Part shown: one piece after another, positions 27,176 through 40,527 of the stretch
How the letters are laid out: each line of letters starts with the position of its first letter
How positions within the stretch are numbered: the stretch's first letter is position 1
Assembly: GCA_030390025.1 (NCBI GenBank)
Contig: CM059438.1
Location: 744,001 to 808,000 of the forward strand
Source of the DNA: Squalus acanthias
Taxonomy: Eukaryota
Length of the DNA: 64,000 nt
Reading direction: 5' to 3'
Made by a program: the position numbers and the translations under genes
The notes under the pieces: generated by a model
The model's input: the letters and a program-made list of their open reading frames with translations, nothing else
Database searches by the model: none
What the model was told of the DNA's origin: nothing

Positions 27176-29509
27176 TTAAATTACAATCCTACATTTTCTA
27201 TCCAGACTAGTGCCACAACTAATGAGAAAAGGAATTTCAAGTCCCTTTTCGCCTAGATTAGGCACATAGCAAAGATAGTTGTGTTCTGTAAGTGTTATAT
27301 GGTTGCTGTGGTGAAAGATACCGTAGAATAGACTCATAAATTCTTGGTACTGTATAGGAAGGATTTCTGGCAATTGAACAGAACTACTCCCATTCACTTG
27401 ACACAATTCAACCTTCATTACATCACAATCAGGGCCCCAATGTAAATTAGGTTTGACTAGGTTAGGGGAGTGAGCAATTGTTTGCTGCTGAGCATTGTTA
27501 ACGAAAGTAATGAGATCTATTTGGGCCAAAACATAAAACAGTGATGTTGAAATGCAACATTACATCACTTGTGTGTGGTATCAAAAAACAAAAATAATAA
27601 CCAGCTCTTCTTCCCCAAAATAAAAAAAACTAAAGTATGTTTTCATGAAAATTGTCCCATGAAATTAAATTCAGTTTAGGAATTCTATGACTATTACCTA
27701 CAGTTTCCAAACACATATACACAAACCCAACGTCATAACACATTACACTCACACAGATCTACCACTATAAAACTCTAGAATTTATGTACATTTTTTGCTG
27801 CAATTTTGTATTATAAGATTAACTTATTACACCAATTGTGCAACATAAAAACAGTCTGAATAACAACACTGGGTCCAAGCAAGTAAACTAACAGAAAAAC
27901 AGAATTTAGATAAACTCACCCCCAAAATAATTTCAAACAGACAGCAAAAAATGATTAGAAACAGCCCATCTATTAAAAATTGCAGGGAAACTACATTTTG
28001 CTCCCATCCAAATCTGGGTGGGGTATTAAAAAAAAAACCTGTGCGCACATGTGAAATAGTCATAACAAATCAAATCATATACCAAGCAACTATTTACATT
28101 TACGTGTACATGATCAATGCCTATTTACTGTGCTCTGGCTGTTCCACCAATGCAGAGTCATTTTCCTTTAAAAAAAATTGTAGGCCAATTTTTCTCTAGT
28201 CCAAAATTAGAACTGGGGCAGGTGTATAGATACAGAAATGTGGGCAGTCAGGTCACATACAAGGGAAACGGGGGCATTTTGCTTGTGTATGTTCAATCAT
28301 GCATACGCATGTCATTTTTATAAATCCAGCAATGGAAAATAAAATTTGCCTTTATTTCTCAGTATTATCTGGCAGCCACCCTGAAAATAACCTATTATAT
28401 TTAAAACCACTCTACCTAAATTAGGGTAGTCATTGTATATGCCTGATTGAGCAAGTTCCACTCCAGAATGAGGGCAGTTATTGCCCCTTACTTTAAATAC
28501 TTTTCATTCCAAGACTTTCAGGAGTATCAATTAGCATCTTCGAATAGAAACTGGATTGCTGCAAATTCTAACTCTAATGTTCGAGGAAGTATTACTCAAC
28601 GTTTCCCTTTATTCTGTATTTTTCTCATCTCCTTTCCTGAAGGCGTCGACTCAGGCGCTGGTAGCCATTGGATGTTTCTCTCAAGTGACCATTTTTTCCA
28701 TACAAGTCTAGCTAGTGAGTGTCAGCAGGTTCTTCAACCACAGGGATCATTATAGCCAAGCCCAATCCTGTCCTCATCCAAGCACCTTCCAGCTGGGGTC
28801 ACTGGACAGTCATCAGGAATGGGAACTTCTGGCTTATTTTCCTCTCCCTAACGCAAGAGATGTCAATCATACAGCCAGTGGGCCGAATCCAGCCTGCGGA
28901 ACATTTTGATCTGGCCTGCAGACCGAGACGCTTTTGCATACGAATCTGCCAGATGATCATCCCCTTCCCCCATCCCAAATCCTAGCCACAATCTGTAACA
29001 GCCACACCCCCACGGTGAACCCCAGGTAATAATTTGTGACTTCTCAAACCTTCGATGATAGTTGCTTTGTTGTTGCAGAACATTTTTATTGACAGTGTAA
29101 TTAACCAATGAGCAGCTTGTGGTGCTGTAGTACGAGCAGAGAGTCAGCGGCAGATGGATGAGCCTGCCCAATCAATGCTACAGAGGCGCTGTCCTTGGTT
29201 ATGATGGGTCCCCGGGTGCCATGCAGTGTGCGAGTTGGTAAAGGTTCCGGTGATGCAATGAACCTGTCGCTGAGGCAGGTGCACCATGCTGCCTGGCGTT
29301 GTTAGCACTAGAGCAGTAAAATAAAGACCCCGCTTTTCCTTACAGAGGGCTCTTGTTAAGGGAAATCCTGTGCTGTTGGCCCTTTAGTTGGGTGGATTGC
29401 CTATTTCCCCAGGCCCACCATATAAAATGAATGACAACCCTGCCCTAACTGAAGTTTGACACCAATTGAACTATGTAGTCTGCAGCTCTGGCTTTGATTA
29501 GCTAAGAGG

Positions 29510-29680
29510 AAATATTAACATAGCCCACCCCTCGGGATCGGGTAGAACGCCGGTTTTACACAACGCCTGATTTTACTCTCCATTGAAGTCAACGGAGACC
29601 AATATTGGGCAGGGTGTAAAACCGGTGTTCCACCCGATCCCATGGGTTTCCCGCCCAGAAAACTAGGTTAAAATGACCCT
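29510..29680. mobile_element. Palindromic MITE (about 170 bp)
   Basis: ggatcgggtagaacgccggttttacac...gtgtaaaaccggtgttccacccgatcc inverted arms around ccattgaagtcaacgg. Related to 31398-31567. Confidence 0.75.
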
Positions 29681-31397
29681 TCAAGAACCAAATTTGAAAT
29701 CTTTGTGAGGTTCAGTTACTCTATCGTTTTACTAACTGAGGTATTGGGAGAACTCAACCTTTCTTCTCTTTCAGGGCACAGTCCATTCAATCACACGGTA
29801 GAACTCTGATATTAATCTTTGATGGCGGAGGACAGTGCATCAGAGAGACCTAGTTTACTATGAATAGAAAGTTATAAATATTCCTGAGGTCAATGCAGAA
29901 AGTTGTGTAACAAAAGTAAAAACTTAAGATGTAGGACACACTAAAATGGCTCCAAACATTACGTAGGCCAGACAGAGCTTGCAAGGGCCATACAAATTAG
30001 GTTTCTATTGCTGTTCGAATAACAAATTCATATTTACGAGAACAGCCAATGGTGGGAGAATGTAAAATGGCCTTGAAATGCTACAAGGTCTCTAAATTAA
30101 CGGTCCACTGGATTGAGGCTAGTAAATTTAGAAACAGTTGAGTGACAGTTGAAGTGTAACTCGCCTGAGGGACCAGTGAAGCCATTCCAATAAGCAACAT
30201 GCACTGCTTGCTGCTCAGATTCTCATGCAGGCTTTTAACAAATTTGCATTTGATGGCTGCCCACATATAGAAGGTAAGTTACAGCTTTTAGAATGTCAGC
30301 AAACCAGTTACTGATATCAGTACTCAACCTATAGGTCATTGTTTTGACCCTCATTTCTGTCCCATGATTTCACTGAAGGACACCAGCAGTAAAAACCTGG
30401 TACATAAGCATGACATCAGTACATGGTTTTAGTAGAATTCCAATGAATTTGAATGTTTTCATACTCTAACATCTGGGACCAGTACACTGACAATAACAGA
30501 AAGAACTTTCTATCCCTGCAATACTATTGTTTATTGCTTCCATATACTGGCATACAGGCACCTAACTAGCACCATCATCACATCATCATTATTCAACAAA
30601 CTGGCTAACCTAGCAGCAAATGTGAAGTTGTGAATTTTAATGTTTGAATTGCCATAAACATTTGTAATATTGTGTCCAAATCCCACAACAATCTACTAAT
30701 GGTTTGGAAGAAAATTATATAGGGGAGAGGAAGTTTACAGATAGGTTAACCTGATACAGGGCATATCTAGATTGCTAGTAGCAATGCTATTACTAGATTT
30801 ACTTAGCATATTTGTAGCATATATGCTATGGTGGAGGGAGGAAATCACACTTAATCCAAAATGCTTTAAATATTTTCCAGTATGTTGTGTGTCAAATACT
30901 CTAAATTAAAACAAATTGTTCCCACCACAATCACTAGCACCACCATATTTAATCCTAGTGTTATACAGCTCAATGCTCTCTCCATATGCTACCCAAATTC
31001 AGGAGGATTAGATCTGTTAAAGGTGTTTTTCACAGCTCACGTAGACTTACAAAAATTCTTAGACGTCCATCACTAGGCTTCATTAAAACCCTAATGACAA
31101 CATTGAATACATTCTGACATGTCAATATAGAAAGCCCAGGAAACCGCTCTCTTTTTCTCCTGGACTGCGTTAAGCGAAATCATAATAATTAATCAGAACA
31201 AAACTGAAAAAAGATAAATGCAATCAAAAAACCCTTATGACTTGCACGAATACAATTGAGCTACTTTTAGATTGCAGTTTTTCACATTTCCATTTCAGAT
31301 CTTCTATATCAGTGAACATCTCTGGGCATTTATACTGTTAAATGAATTTTCCATACTTCGACAGTAGACTCATACACCTAGCTTCATCTGAGCCTGT

Positions 31398-31566
31398 GGG
31401 GGTAATTTTAACCAAACTCGCCTGGCGGGAGACCCATAGGATTGGGTAGAATGCCGACTTTACTCTGTTGACTACAATGCAGAGTAAAATCGAGTGAAGT
31501 GTAAAACCCGCATTCGACCGATCCAGTCAGTTCCCCAATGGACAGCTTTGGTTAAAATTGCCCCCT
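31398..31566. mobile_element. MITE with TIRs GGGGGTAATTTTAACC / GGTTAAAATTGCCCCC
   Basis: Terminal inverted repeats read directly. Internal similarity to 29510-29680. Confidence 0.75.
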
Positions 31567-32479
31567 ATGAGTCTGCTGTGTTACGGAAGACAGAATTAAC
31601 ACTGGGACTTGGCTCCCGCATGGTGTGCTCCCAGAATTCAAATTCAAATAGAAAAGCAATTTATAACTTCCATGATGAACAACAAGATGGCCAATGTCCG
31701 GACCCTGGAAGCTGTGTAGACGAGTTTGGGGAAGTCCCTTACACTGTTACAACAAGGGCAGGGTTAACAGTAAGCTTTTGTGCAAAGCTGTAGCATATTA
31801 AAATGATGACTTCATAGGACCAAAATTATAAATGCACAGTGCCACCTGGAATGCACAATCCTTTCAGAAAATGGGCACACAATGTGTGTGACACCAAATT
31901 GTCTTCAAAAGTCTTGCAAATTAAATTATTTGTTTTGGGACATTTGACACAAGAAAGCTTCAGAAACTATATATTTTTTTTTAAAGGCGATAGCATAGGA
32001 TTTAAAAAACAGAATTTTTACTTTTGGAAAAAAAACTTTCCCAAATTATATTTCCTACCTAATTTGATCACGGAAGAGCTACAAGTCTGCGCTTTACTGC
32101 ATTTGTGTTTCACAAAATAATTGCATTTGCTGAGTTTCATAATGCAATGTTATATGGGTACAAATGGTCACACTGGTCAACTGTCCTTTCCCTCAGTGAT
32201 TGCATAAAGTTCGACATCAACACCTAACTGTGGTGCTTTATTATTGAAATACTAGGTTTAAGATCAAATTAATTAACAAAAAAAACTGAATAAAAATACT
32301 TCTCAGCAAATCTATGTCTGTAGACATCACACACATGTTTTAATACTATTATATGTTTCTACCTGGGGCACTGAAACTTTGATAAGATAATCAAAAAAGA
32401 ACTGCTTCCTTGTATCAAAAAAACAAGGTGGTAACTCCAATAAATAAGTATTGTATTATAGCAATATAACTAATACTTG

Positions 32480-32765
32480 CACTAATATACTGCCTTTCAA
32501 GTCAACAAGCCCCAAAGCACCTTCCAGAATATTTTTATGTAGGCAAATGCAGCAAAGATTCTGTGCTAGCAACAACCCACAAGAAGCAGCAAGATGAATG
32601 ATCAGAATAATTCTTTTTTTGATGGTATTTCTTTTTGGAGAAATCTTGGCCAGGACATTTGTAGAACTCCTTTAAATACTCTTCTTCAAATACTCCCACG
32701 AGAGCTTTTAATATCCACCCTCACAGGTTGACTGGACCTCAGATTAGTGTCTCATCTAAAGGATG
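32480..32765 (-). mobile_element. Degenerate Deu-SINE fragment
   Basis: ttggccaggaca...gagaactcc...ctcttcttcaaatac...gtctcatctaaagg resembles 330-450. Confidence 0.55.
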
Positions 32766-34494
32766 TTATTAACTCTAAGTACTTACCTACAAGTCATCAC
32801 CATAGGCAAGATTGATACAAAATTTTTTTTTTTTTTTTTAAATGGTAACTTTTTTTTTAAGTTGTTACAGCGCTGTTCTATGGAGCCAATCTGTCCATTC
32901 CAGTCAACAATCAAGTGGGAACAGTCTGACTGAGGGCTGCTTTTAAAAATATATATCACTGAATATTTCCTGTCTGTTAATAAATACTAAGCAGAGAAAA
33001 CAGCAGGCAGCCACAATCAGTCTGAAGATATAGATCCACAATAAGTGACTGGCATCATCATGGCATCCACTGCACCCTTAACTTTGGAACCCTGTAAATG
33101 TAGGCACCTTTTCAAAAAAGAAAGTTCTTTTAAAGGTTAACACCAAACATGTAGCATCTGGAAACAAGTGCTGTTTTTAAATGCTGCAAATAGGATATTA
33201 TACAATCACCATGGAAATACAAGGGAAGCAATAGTGGCTTGGAGTCATTTATGAATAAAATCGGCTTTACAAATAACTGTTCCTTTCCAGAATATAGTAT
33301 TGCTTTTATAAAAAAAAACTTGATATAAAAATTTATTGTTCTATTACAATTTTACACTGTGTAGTGTTAATGGACCTCTGAAATATGGAACTGCAATAAT
33401 TTACAAAGTACCATTCCTATAAGAGGCAATGTACTCTGCAAGAAAACATGACATCCTGAAATCAAAGGGTTAATGCTCCAAAATCTCTCATTTTTGCAGC
33501 AGGCATGGGCTTTGTTGGTTTACTTAAACTCAAATCACAAACAATCTGTTCAATGTTTGACGACAGGGTTATTTTAATGGAGCCCAGAGGAGCACTTGTG
33601 CTCACAAAACTAAATAAAGAACGTACACTCTGTGTTCCTATTCAGCTGGACTTCCAGTGAACAATGCACACTCCGCCCAGTTGAGTCCTAAAATGACACT
33701 CTGTGCGTCGTAGGGCCTGGATTTGCATATTAAAATGGCCTACGGCCGCACTCAGGCAGGTGCTCTGGTTGGAGCCATTCCTGGAGGTTTGATCACATGG
33801 CATCTGCAACTGTTACTGCATCTCCCTCCATATCTCCTTAGACTCTGGCTCTGTGTGAAGGTGACGACTCTGAACTGGGAGCCTCAGTCAGAGCTGATCT
33901 GTATTTGGACTTCACACATTGAAACCGGCTGGCATGGACCAACATGAACCAAACCGAGAGATCGCACAAAGTGCAGGGGGCTCAGTGTTTGGGGCACTTC
34001 TCACAGGGTACGTCTTCCTAAACTCAGCTCAGCACCAACGTTTCTAAACTACTCTCTGGGCTCAGACTCAATGAAAGAGTTTCCATAGAATGATAGAAAT
34101 TACAGCACATGAGGCAGCCATTCGGCCCCGGTGCCCGTGCTAGTGCTCTCTCCTGTAACTCCATTCCCCCCATGATGCTTTTATATCCCTCCTCTTCAAA
34201 TATTTATCTCATTCCCTTTTTAAATGATGTTTCAGTCTGTCTCAATAGCCAATACGGTGAAGCATCCTATGGTCCAATAGCCCTCAGTTCAAAAATCTTC
34301 CTTCTCCCCTCCCCCTTGGTTCTTGCAGTAGGAATCCTTGGTTTTGGTCTCTATTTACCCACAGTAAAGTCCCCGAGTTTCACGCACCCCTTAACTGGCT
34401 GCTCCTCTCGGCGCCGCTCCCACTCACCAAGTTGCTGCTGCTGCTCCCAGTTCTACAGGAAATGCTGGTCCCCATGCCCATCCCATTCCAGAAT

Positions 34495-35240
34495 CTCCCT
34501 CCCGACCCCTCACCCCCGATCCCTATTCCTGTCTCCCTCGCTCCCCCAATCCTCCCGACCCCTCACCCCCGATCCCTATTCCCCAGTCCTCCCGACCCCT
34601 CATCCCGATCCCTCAGTCTCCTTCCCTTCCCCCGATCCCTATTCCCCAGTCCTCCCGATCCCTATTCCCCAGTCTCCTTCCCTTCCCCCGATCCCTATTC
34701 CCCAGTCTCTCCCTTCCCCCAATCCCTATTCCCCAGTCTCCCTCTCCCCCAATCCTCCCGACCCCTCACCCCAATCCCTATTCCCCAGTCTCTCTCCCTT
34801 CCCCCGATCCCTATTCCCCAGTCTCCCTCTCCCCCAATCCTCCCGACCCCTCATCCCCGATCCCTATTCCCCAGTCTCCCCCTCTCCCCAATCCTCCAGA
34901 CCCCTGACCCCCAGTCTCCCTCTCCCCCAATCCTCCCGACCCCTCATCCCCAATCCCTATTCCCCAGTCTCCTTCTCCCCCAATCCCTATTCCCCAGTCT
35001 CCCTCGCTCCTCCCAATCCTCTCGACCCCTCACCCCGATCCCCATTCCCCAATCCTCCTGACCCCTCACCCCGATCCCTATTCCCCAGTCTCCCTCGCTA
35101 CCCCCAATCCTCTCGACTCCTCACCTCCGATTCCTATTCCCCAATCTCCCACTCTCCCCCAATCCTTATTCCTGTCTCCCCCTCTCACCCAACCCCATCC
35201 TCATTCACCAGTCTCTTCCTCTCACCCCTGACTCCCAATC
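34495..35240 (+). repeat. C-rich composite minisatellite (CCCCGATCCCTATTCCCCAGTCT / CCCCAATCCTCCCGACCCCTCA modules)
   Basis: Repeated modules visible directly. Explains the Pro/Ser-rich ORFs 34109..35275 and 34432..35061. A hAT-like end, ggagagttggcaacccta, is at 35308-35325. Confidence 0.9.
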
Positions 35241-36156
35241 TTCTGCATTGTTCACAGCAGTGTCCAGGATATTAATCTTTAATTCCTCATGACTCCAGGA
35301 CATTCCTGGAGAGTTGGCAACCCTAGTCACTCATGGTTAGTCTCGCAAACTGAGGCGTTTCAAAAGGTCTAGGGAGCACTGAGGCACGATTTTATCCCTA
35401 GTTGTATGCTCCCAGCATCTTCTGTTGTTCATTCAATACAGTGGAGTGGTGTTCAGAGGGTTTTCTATATCATTTTACATACTACTGAAATCACATAATT
35501 GTTTATGCTTTAAAAAGTCTTTTCAATACATTCCATAGAAGCTACATTCTTACACCAAAACAAATTAGAGTTTCTTTGTTTATTCTAAGTCTACTGTACA
35601 TTAAGAAATCTGCATAGTTATGTACAGTTAAATAATTGCATATTACAAAGTTCAGCACCAGGAATGTTACAGAAAAGCATGCATTACATTGGGATGGGAT
35701 GTCTTGTGTAATCTGAGAACTGCAGAAGATGCTCTGCAGAGATAACGTTATATATAGACACGACTAACAATATCATCAAGCAAACAGGGTTGATAAAATA
35801 CACACAAAGATGGGAAGTTATCTAAAATAATAACTGACTTCTGCAAAAACAGAAGGGAAGTAAAAAGATTTTATTTCACGAATATTAAAAGGTAATAAAA
35901 CAATTAACTTGCTGTACAACTAATTTTTACCTTAATTGGTGATTTAAATTTTCCCCTGCTTCCCCAGCAACACCTTGTACTTGTTGCATTGTTGAATTAA
36001 AAAAAGAGAAAATCCCTTAAATAAGAGTATAGAAGACTAAGGGAAACGCCCAGCATTCATGTGGTTTCTCAGTGACAGCCTAATGTGAACTAGTAATCAA
36101 AAAGGGTAAAGTACTTAAAGGGAAATAAAGCAATTCAAGACAGTCTTCATGCTTAC

Positions 36157-36256
36157 CCTTTGGCTAGAATAGCAGATGAGGAGCAGCCCAGGGACCTGCT
36201 CGAGGAAACATTGCTGGCACAAGGACTCTTCTTAGTAGACAGATCAAGCACTCCAT
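36157..36256 (-). CDS. LCOR: LCOR coding exon (presumed exon 6; 100 bp), DGVLDLSTKKSPCASNVSSSRSLGCSSSAILAK(G), second CtBP motif
   Basis: tttctccag acceptor, AGG|gtaagc donor. Matches LCOR DGVLDLSTKKSPCA. Phase 1/2. Confidence 0.95.
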
Positions 36257-36309
36257 CTGGAGAAAGAAACACAGATGTCAACACCCCCAGACTGACAGGT
36301 TGATGGGGG

Positions 36310-36410
36310 AAAAAAATGAGAAGTCGCACAACACCAGGTTATAGTCCAACAGTTTTATTTGAAATCACAAGCTTTCGGAGCTTTCGTAGCTCCTTCGTCA
36401 GGTGAAGTGA
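36310..36410 (-). mobile_element. Penelope family-A pLTR insertion (about 100 bp)
   Basis: 13-bp TSD aggttgatggggg at 36297-36309 and 36411-36423. Near-identical to 44627-44716. Confidence 0.85.
36365..36405 (-). ncRNA. Minimal hammerhead ribozyme motif, intact core, LCOR-sense
   Basis: Minus strand: TCAC-CTGACGA-a-GGAGCT acgaa AGCTCC-GAAA-GCTT-GTGA. Confidence 0.7.
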
Positions 36411-37109
36411 AGGTTGATGGGGGGTGGGTGCACTTTTTTTTTTTGCAACTTCATACATGTCTTTCTAAAATACTAAGAAAGTGAAATTAATCAGAGTTAA
36501 AAAAAATCTAGCTCTTCAGTGCAATGAAACACCATCAACTGTGCAGCACAATTTCATAATGAGGTCATTATTGCTTTCTCAAGTCACAAACAAGCTAACG
36601 CCCTACAAGATCCACAATTTCAATGCTGGCAAGTTAAAAATAACCAAACACTGGAATGGATTGCTCCTGGGGTACAGTTGCTGCAGTTTGATTTTTTTCT
36701 GAACCAGCAGTGCCCGTCTCCCTGCCAATTTTTAGGAACCAGACCTGCTGTCGACACTCAAAATTGTCATCTAATTATATAATGACACCTTCCATTTTCA
36801 ACACCTCCCAATAAACACATTCGATAGTATCTGGAGATACAAGGGTAAATTTTCCTTCCCCTAACTTGACTTCCAGTTCAATTGTACGTCAATATTGTCA
36901 CGGGTACCCATATTACTTTAATTAGCTGAAACAGAATGGCTTAATCTATGCTGAGGAGCATGAGTAGCACCATAACACTAACGTAACTTGGCTGGGATTC
37001 CAACTGGGAGTTTCAGAGAAAAACACACAGACATAGAGGGTGCATGGGGTAGAACTCACAGGGCACAAATACATTATTGGATTATATAGTTCGGGCATCA
37101 GCAACAAAT

Positions 37110-38150
37110 GGAGTGGCCAGAATTGGACAGTGCTCAAGGTGTAGTCTGACCAGAGCATTGTACAGTTTGAACATGACTTCCTTTGATTTGCACTCCACAA
37201 TTTTGGCTATATAATTCAATATTCCATTGACTTTGTTGATGTTGCTCTGCATTGGTTGCACATCTGAAGCATCAAGTCTACTGAAATCCCTAGAACTCTC
37301 TCAAATTCATCTTTAGCTATTTCAACACCATTCATGGAGTACTTCACCCATTTTTATTTCCTATGTAGGGTATTTTTCACTTGTCCATGAAAAATTCCAT
37401 CTGCTATTGCTCTGCACCCTTATATATTTTGTCCAACTTCTGAGCTGGCTCCTCCCAATCCACTGTCCCTCCTAAATTGATACCAAATTTTATCAATCTG
37501 CATTGAGTTCCTGAATCCAGGTCATTGATATAAATTGGAAACAGTAGCAATCCCAAAACTGATCCCTGGGCACCCCACTAAGTACTTGACAAACTCCAAC
37601 ACAATTCCTCTAACAAGTATTTTCTGTTTTCTACCCAAGATTTATCCTGAAGCCCCACAATTTGAGTTTAACTAATCACCTTTTTTTTTTAAATGGAGCT
37701 TTGTCAAATACTTTTTGGAATTCTAGGTACACCACAACGTATGGCTTTCCATCGGACACTTAGGATGACACTTCCTCAGAAAAGTCAAGGAGATTCGTCA
37801 GATAGGTCCTTCCCTTTTTTAATCCATAGCGGTTTCTATTTACTAACTTTTTATTGAATAGATAATCCTCAATTTACTCATTCATCAATTCCACTATTGT
37901 ACACAGGATAGTCGAAAGACAAATACAGTAGTTCTACAGTTGTCCATGTCTGCTGTCACCATTTTTGAAAACAGACATCACGCTAGCCTGTTTCTAATCT
38001 GCTGCTCCTTCCTCAGCGTCCAGTGACTTCATCACAATGATGGTCCATGCCTCATAGCTCTCCTGCCTAGTCTCTCAATACTCTAGGATAAATATTATCT
38101 ATCTCAGGGGACTTAATTATTTTGAGCCATTTTAGCTCGTCTTTTATGAC
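37110..38150 (-). mobile_element. Old degenerate CR1 RT fragment
   Basis: Residual motifs: tcattgatataaat...actgatccctggggcaccccacta (GVPQGS-like antisense) and tttgtcaaatactttttggaattctaggtacacc (YLDFQKAFDK-like). Confidence 0.65.
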
Positions 38151-38329
38151 AAAGTAATTAATTCTGCTTCAGTTATCTCTGCTTGGAAAGGGCATGTTGC
38201 TCATGTCTTCTTCCCTTGTGAATACTTGGGAGAGTGATCGCTCAGATTTTGTGGTCTTCCTTCGTTTCAAGCTGTTCATATCTTTTATGGTTATTACCTC
38301 TTCTCTAACTGCCCTCTTACTGTTGAAGT

Positions 38330-38790
38330 CTGCTGCCAGTATCCTAACTCAGCAAGTTTAGTTCACCCATCACCCCCCGTGCTCACTGACCTACATTGGC
38401 TTCCGGTCCGGCAACGCCCCGATTTTAGAATTCTCATCCATGTTTTCAAATCCCTCCATGGTATTGCCCTTGCCTATCTCTGTAATCTCCTCCAGCCCTA
38501 CAACCCTCCGACATCTCTGCGCTCCTCCAATTCTGGGATCTTGCGCATCCCCGACTTTCATCACTCCACCATTGGCGGCCGTGCCTTCAGCTGCCTAGGC
38601 CCTAAGTTCTGGAATTCCCTCCCTAAACCTCTCTACCCTCCTTTAAGACACTCCTTAAAACCTACCTCCATCTGCCCCAATATATCATGTGGTTTGGTGT
38701 CGAATTTTGTTTGATAACGCTCCTGTGAAGCAGCTTGTGACGTTTTACTACATTAAAGGCACAATATAAATGGAAGTAGTAGTTGTTGTT
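38330..38790 (+). mobile_element. L2 LINE 3' end
   Basis: ORF 38379..38714 LTDLHWLPVRQR..FRILIHVFKSLHG..YL...GGRAFSCLGPKFWNSLP is typical of the L2 ORF2 C-terminus. L2 tail present. Confidence 0.88.
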
Positions 38791-39016
38791 ACTGAAAGAA
38801 TTTCTTAACTTTAGGTTTTATCTCTGCAGCTATACTCTTTTCTGAATCTCTCTTTGTCCCTCTGACCGTTCTCAACATAGTAACAGTTTCAGGCAGCAGA
38901 AAACTTTCAGCCCATCTATCCACAGTATTCCCTTGGTGCATTTCTAATAACCCTGAATCCCATTTGTTGACAAGAACCTGTCTAGTTCTTTCTTGAAATC
39001 CATTAAGGTTTCTTGG

Positions 39017-39195
39017 TCATAAAAACAGAAAATGCTGGAAATACTCAGGTCAGGCAGCATCGTCAGACAAAAGGTCATCAACCTGAAACATTAACTCGGT
39101 TTCTCTCTCCACAAATGCTGCCTGACCTGCTGAGTATATCCAGCATTTTCTGTTTCTTTTTCAGATTTCCAGCATCCGCAGTATTTTGCTTTTGT
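39017..39195. mobile_element. Penelope family-B pLTR insertion with inverted 5' segment
   Basis: 15-bp TSD attaaggtttcttgg at 39002-39016 and 39196-39210. aaaacagaaaatgctggaaatactcag is inverted against ctgagtatatccagcattttctgttt. Confidence 0.82.
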
Positions 39196-40527
39196 ATTAA
39201 GGTTTCTTGGCCCACTATCCATGCTGACAATATGTTCCACATACTTACCATCCTTTTAGTAAAATAATTTCCACCTTCATTTCCTATTTGTTGTCCTTAA
39301 CTTGTAAATATGACGCCTTGTCCTTAAATTCTGTACATGGCAGAAAAACTTACTAGATCCAATTTGTTCAAACCTTTCATAATTTTAAGCACTACTAACA
39401 TAGCCCCTCTCAGTCTTCTCTTTCAAGAGAGAAAAGACGTAGGGTAGTCCATCTTTCCTCGTAAGTCATTGCCTTACATTCTGGCATCAAATCTGTAAGC
39501 CATTCTCGGTACCCCGCCCCCCCACCCATTAACTGAATTTTTTGAAATAGGGAGACCAAATACTGCAGATGTAGAGCTTGGAATTATAAAGCTGTGAAGC
39601 ACTTTGGGACATCCTGAGGTCGTGAAAGGCACTATATCAATGCAAGTTCTTTCTTTCGATCTTACATACTTTCAAAAAAAGAATCAGGAGCTAATGATAA
39701 TCACATTTCTGGAAACCTAGGAACTCCTCCCATCTAAATAAAATTCACATAGGTTGCCATAAAACTGTGCAGAAAAAAGTGTATTTGACTGCTTAGAATA
39801 AACACTGAGGAGTATGTTTGTACTCCTAGGGATTGCTCTTATAGCTATCCATCCGTGGCACTAGGCACTCTGCTACCCCTGACAATGCTGTGTCACTGTC
39901 ATATATGGGTAGAGATTATTTTGAAAACACTGTTTAGGTTCATTAATTTATGCTTAATTTTTTTAAGTTTAATTTTGAAAAACATATAATCACTCCAGAT
40001 CTAGATACCCAAGCTGTACTCAGCAAAAATATCTCTTACTCCAGGTAAACTTTTATCAGTCCAAAATTTAAAGAAAAACAAATCTACATAGAAATTGGTC
40101 ATACAGATAGAAAATGGCAGAAATTCACAAGTGTGTCAGCATCTGAGTAAAGACTAGTTAACACTGTAGACAGCATTTCACTCAAAACTTTTTCTCAGAT
40201 GCTGATGTGCCAACTGTTTCATTTTCAGTATTTTTATTCCTTTTTCAAAATTTTCAGCATTTGCCATGTTTTACTTTACGTATGGATAAGAATGTACCAC
40301 ATCAATTTGCACTTAGCATTTATTAAAACAATCTGGTGGACAGATTACATCCTTTCTTACACTGCTGGAGGACATTGAAAAGCTTCAATATTGCAAACAT
40401 AGCCTCAACTGGGAAAGCATCACATAATGGCTCTAATTAATATACGGAGTGACTCCTGGCAACGAATCGGAAACTGCGCAGAAACGTTCTGCGCATTAAT
40501 CTGGAAATTTCGATGATGTTTCTGCTT

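Noticed and set aside
34109-35275. 388-aa and 209-aa Pro/Ser-rich ORFs
   Set aside because: Produced by a C-rich minisatellite that lacks stop codons. No splice or homology support.
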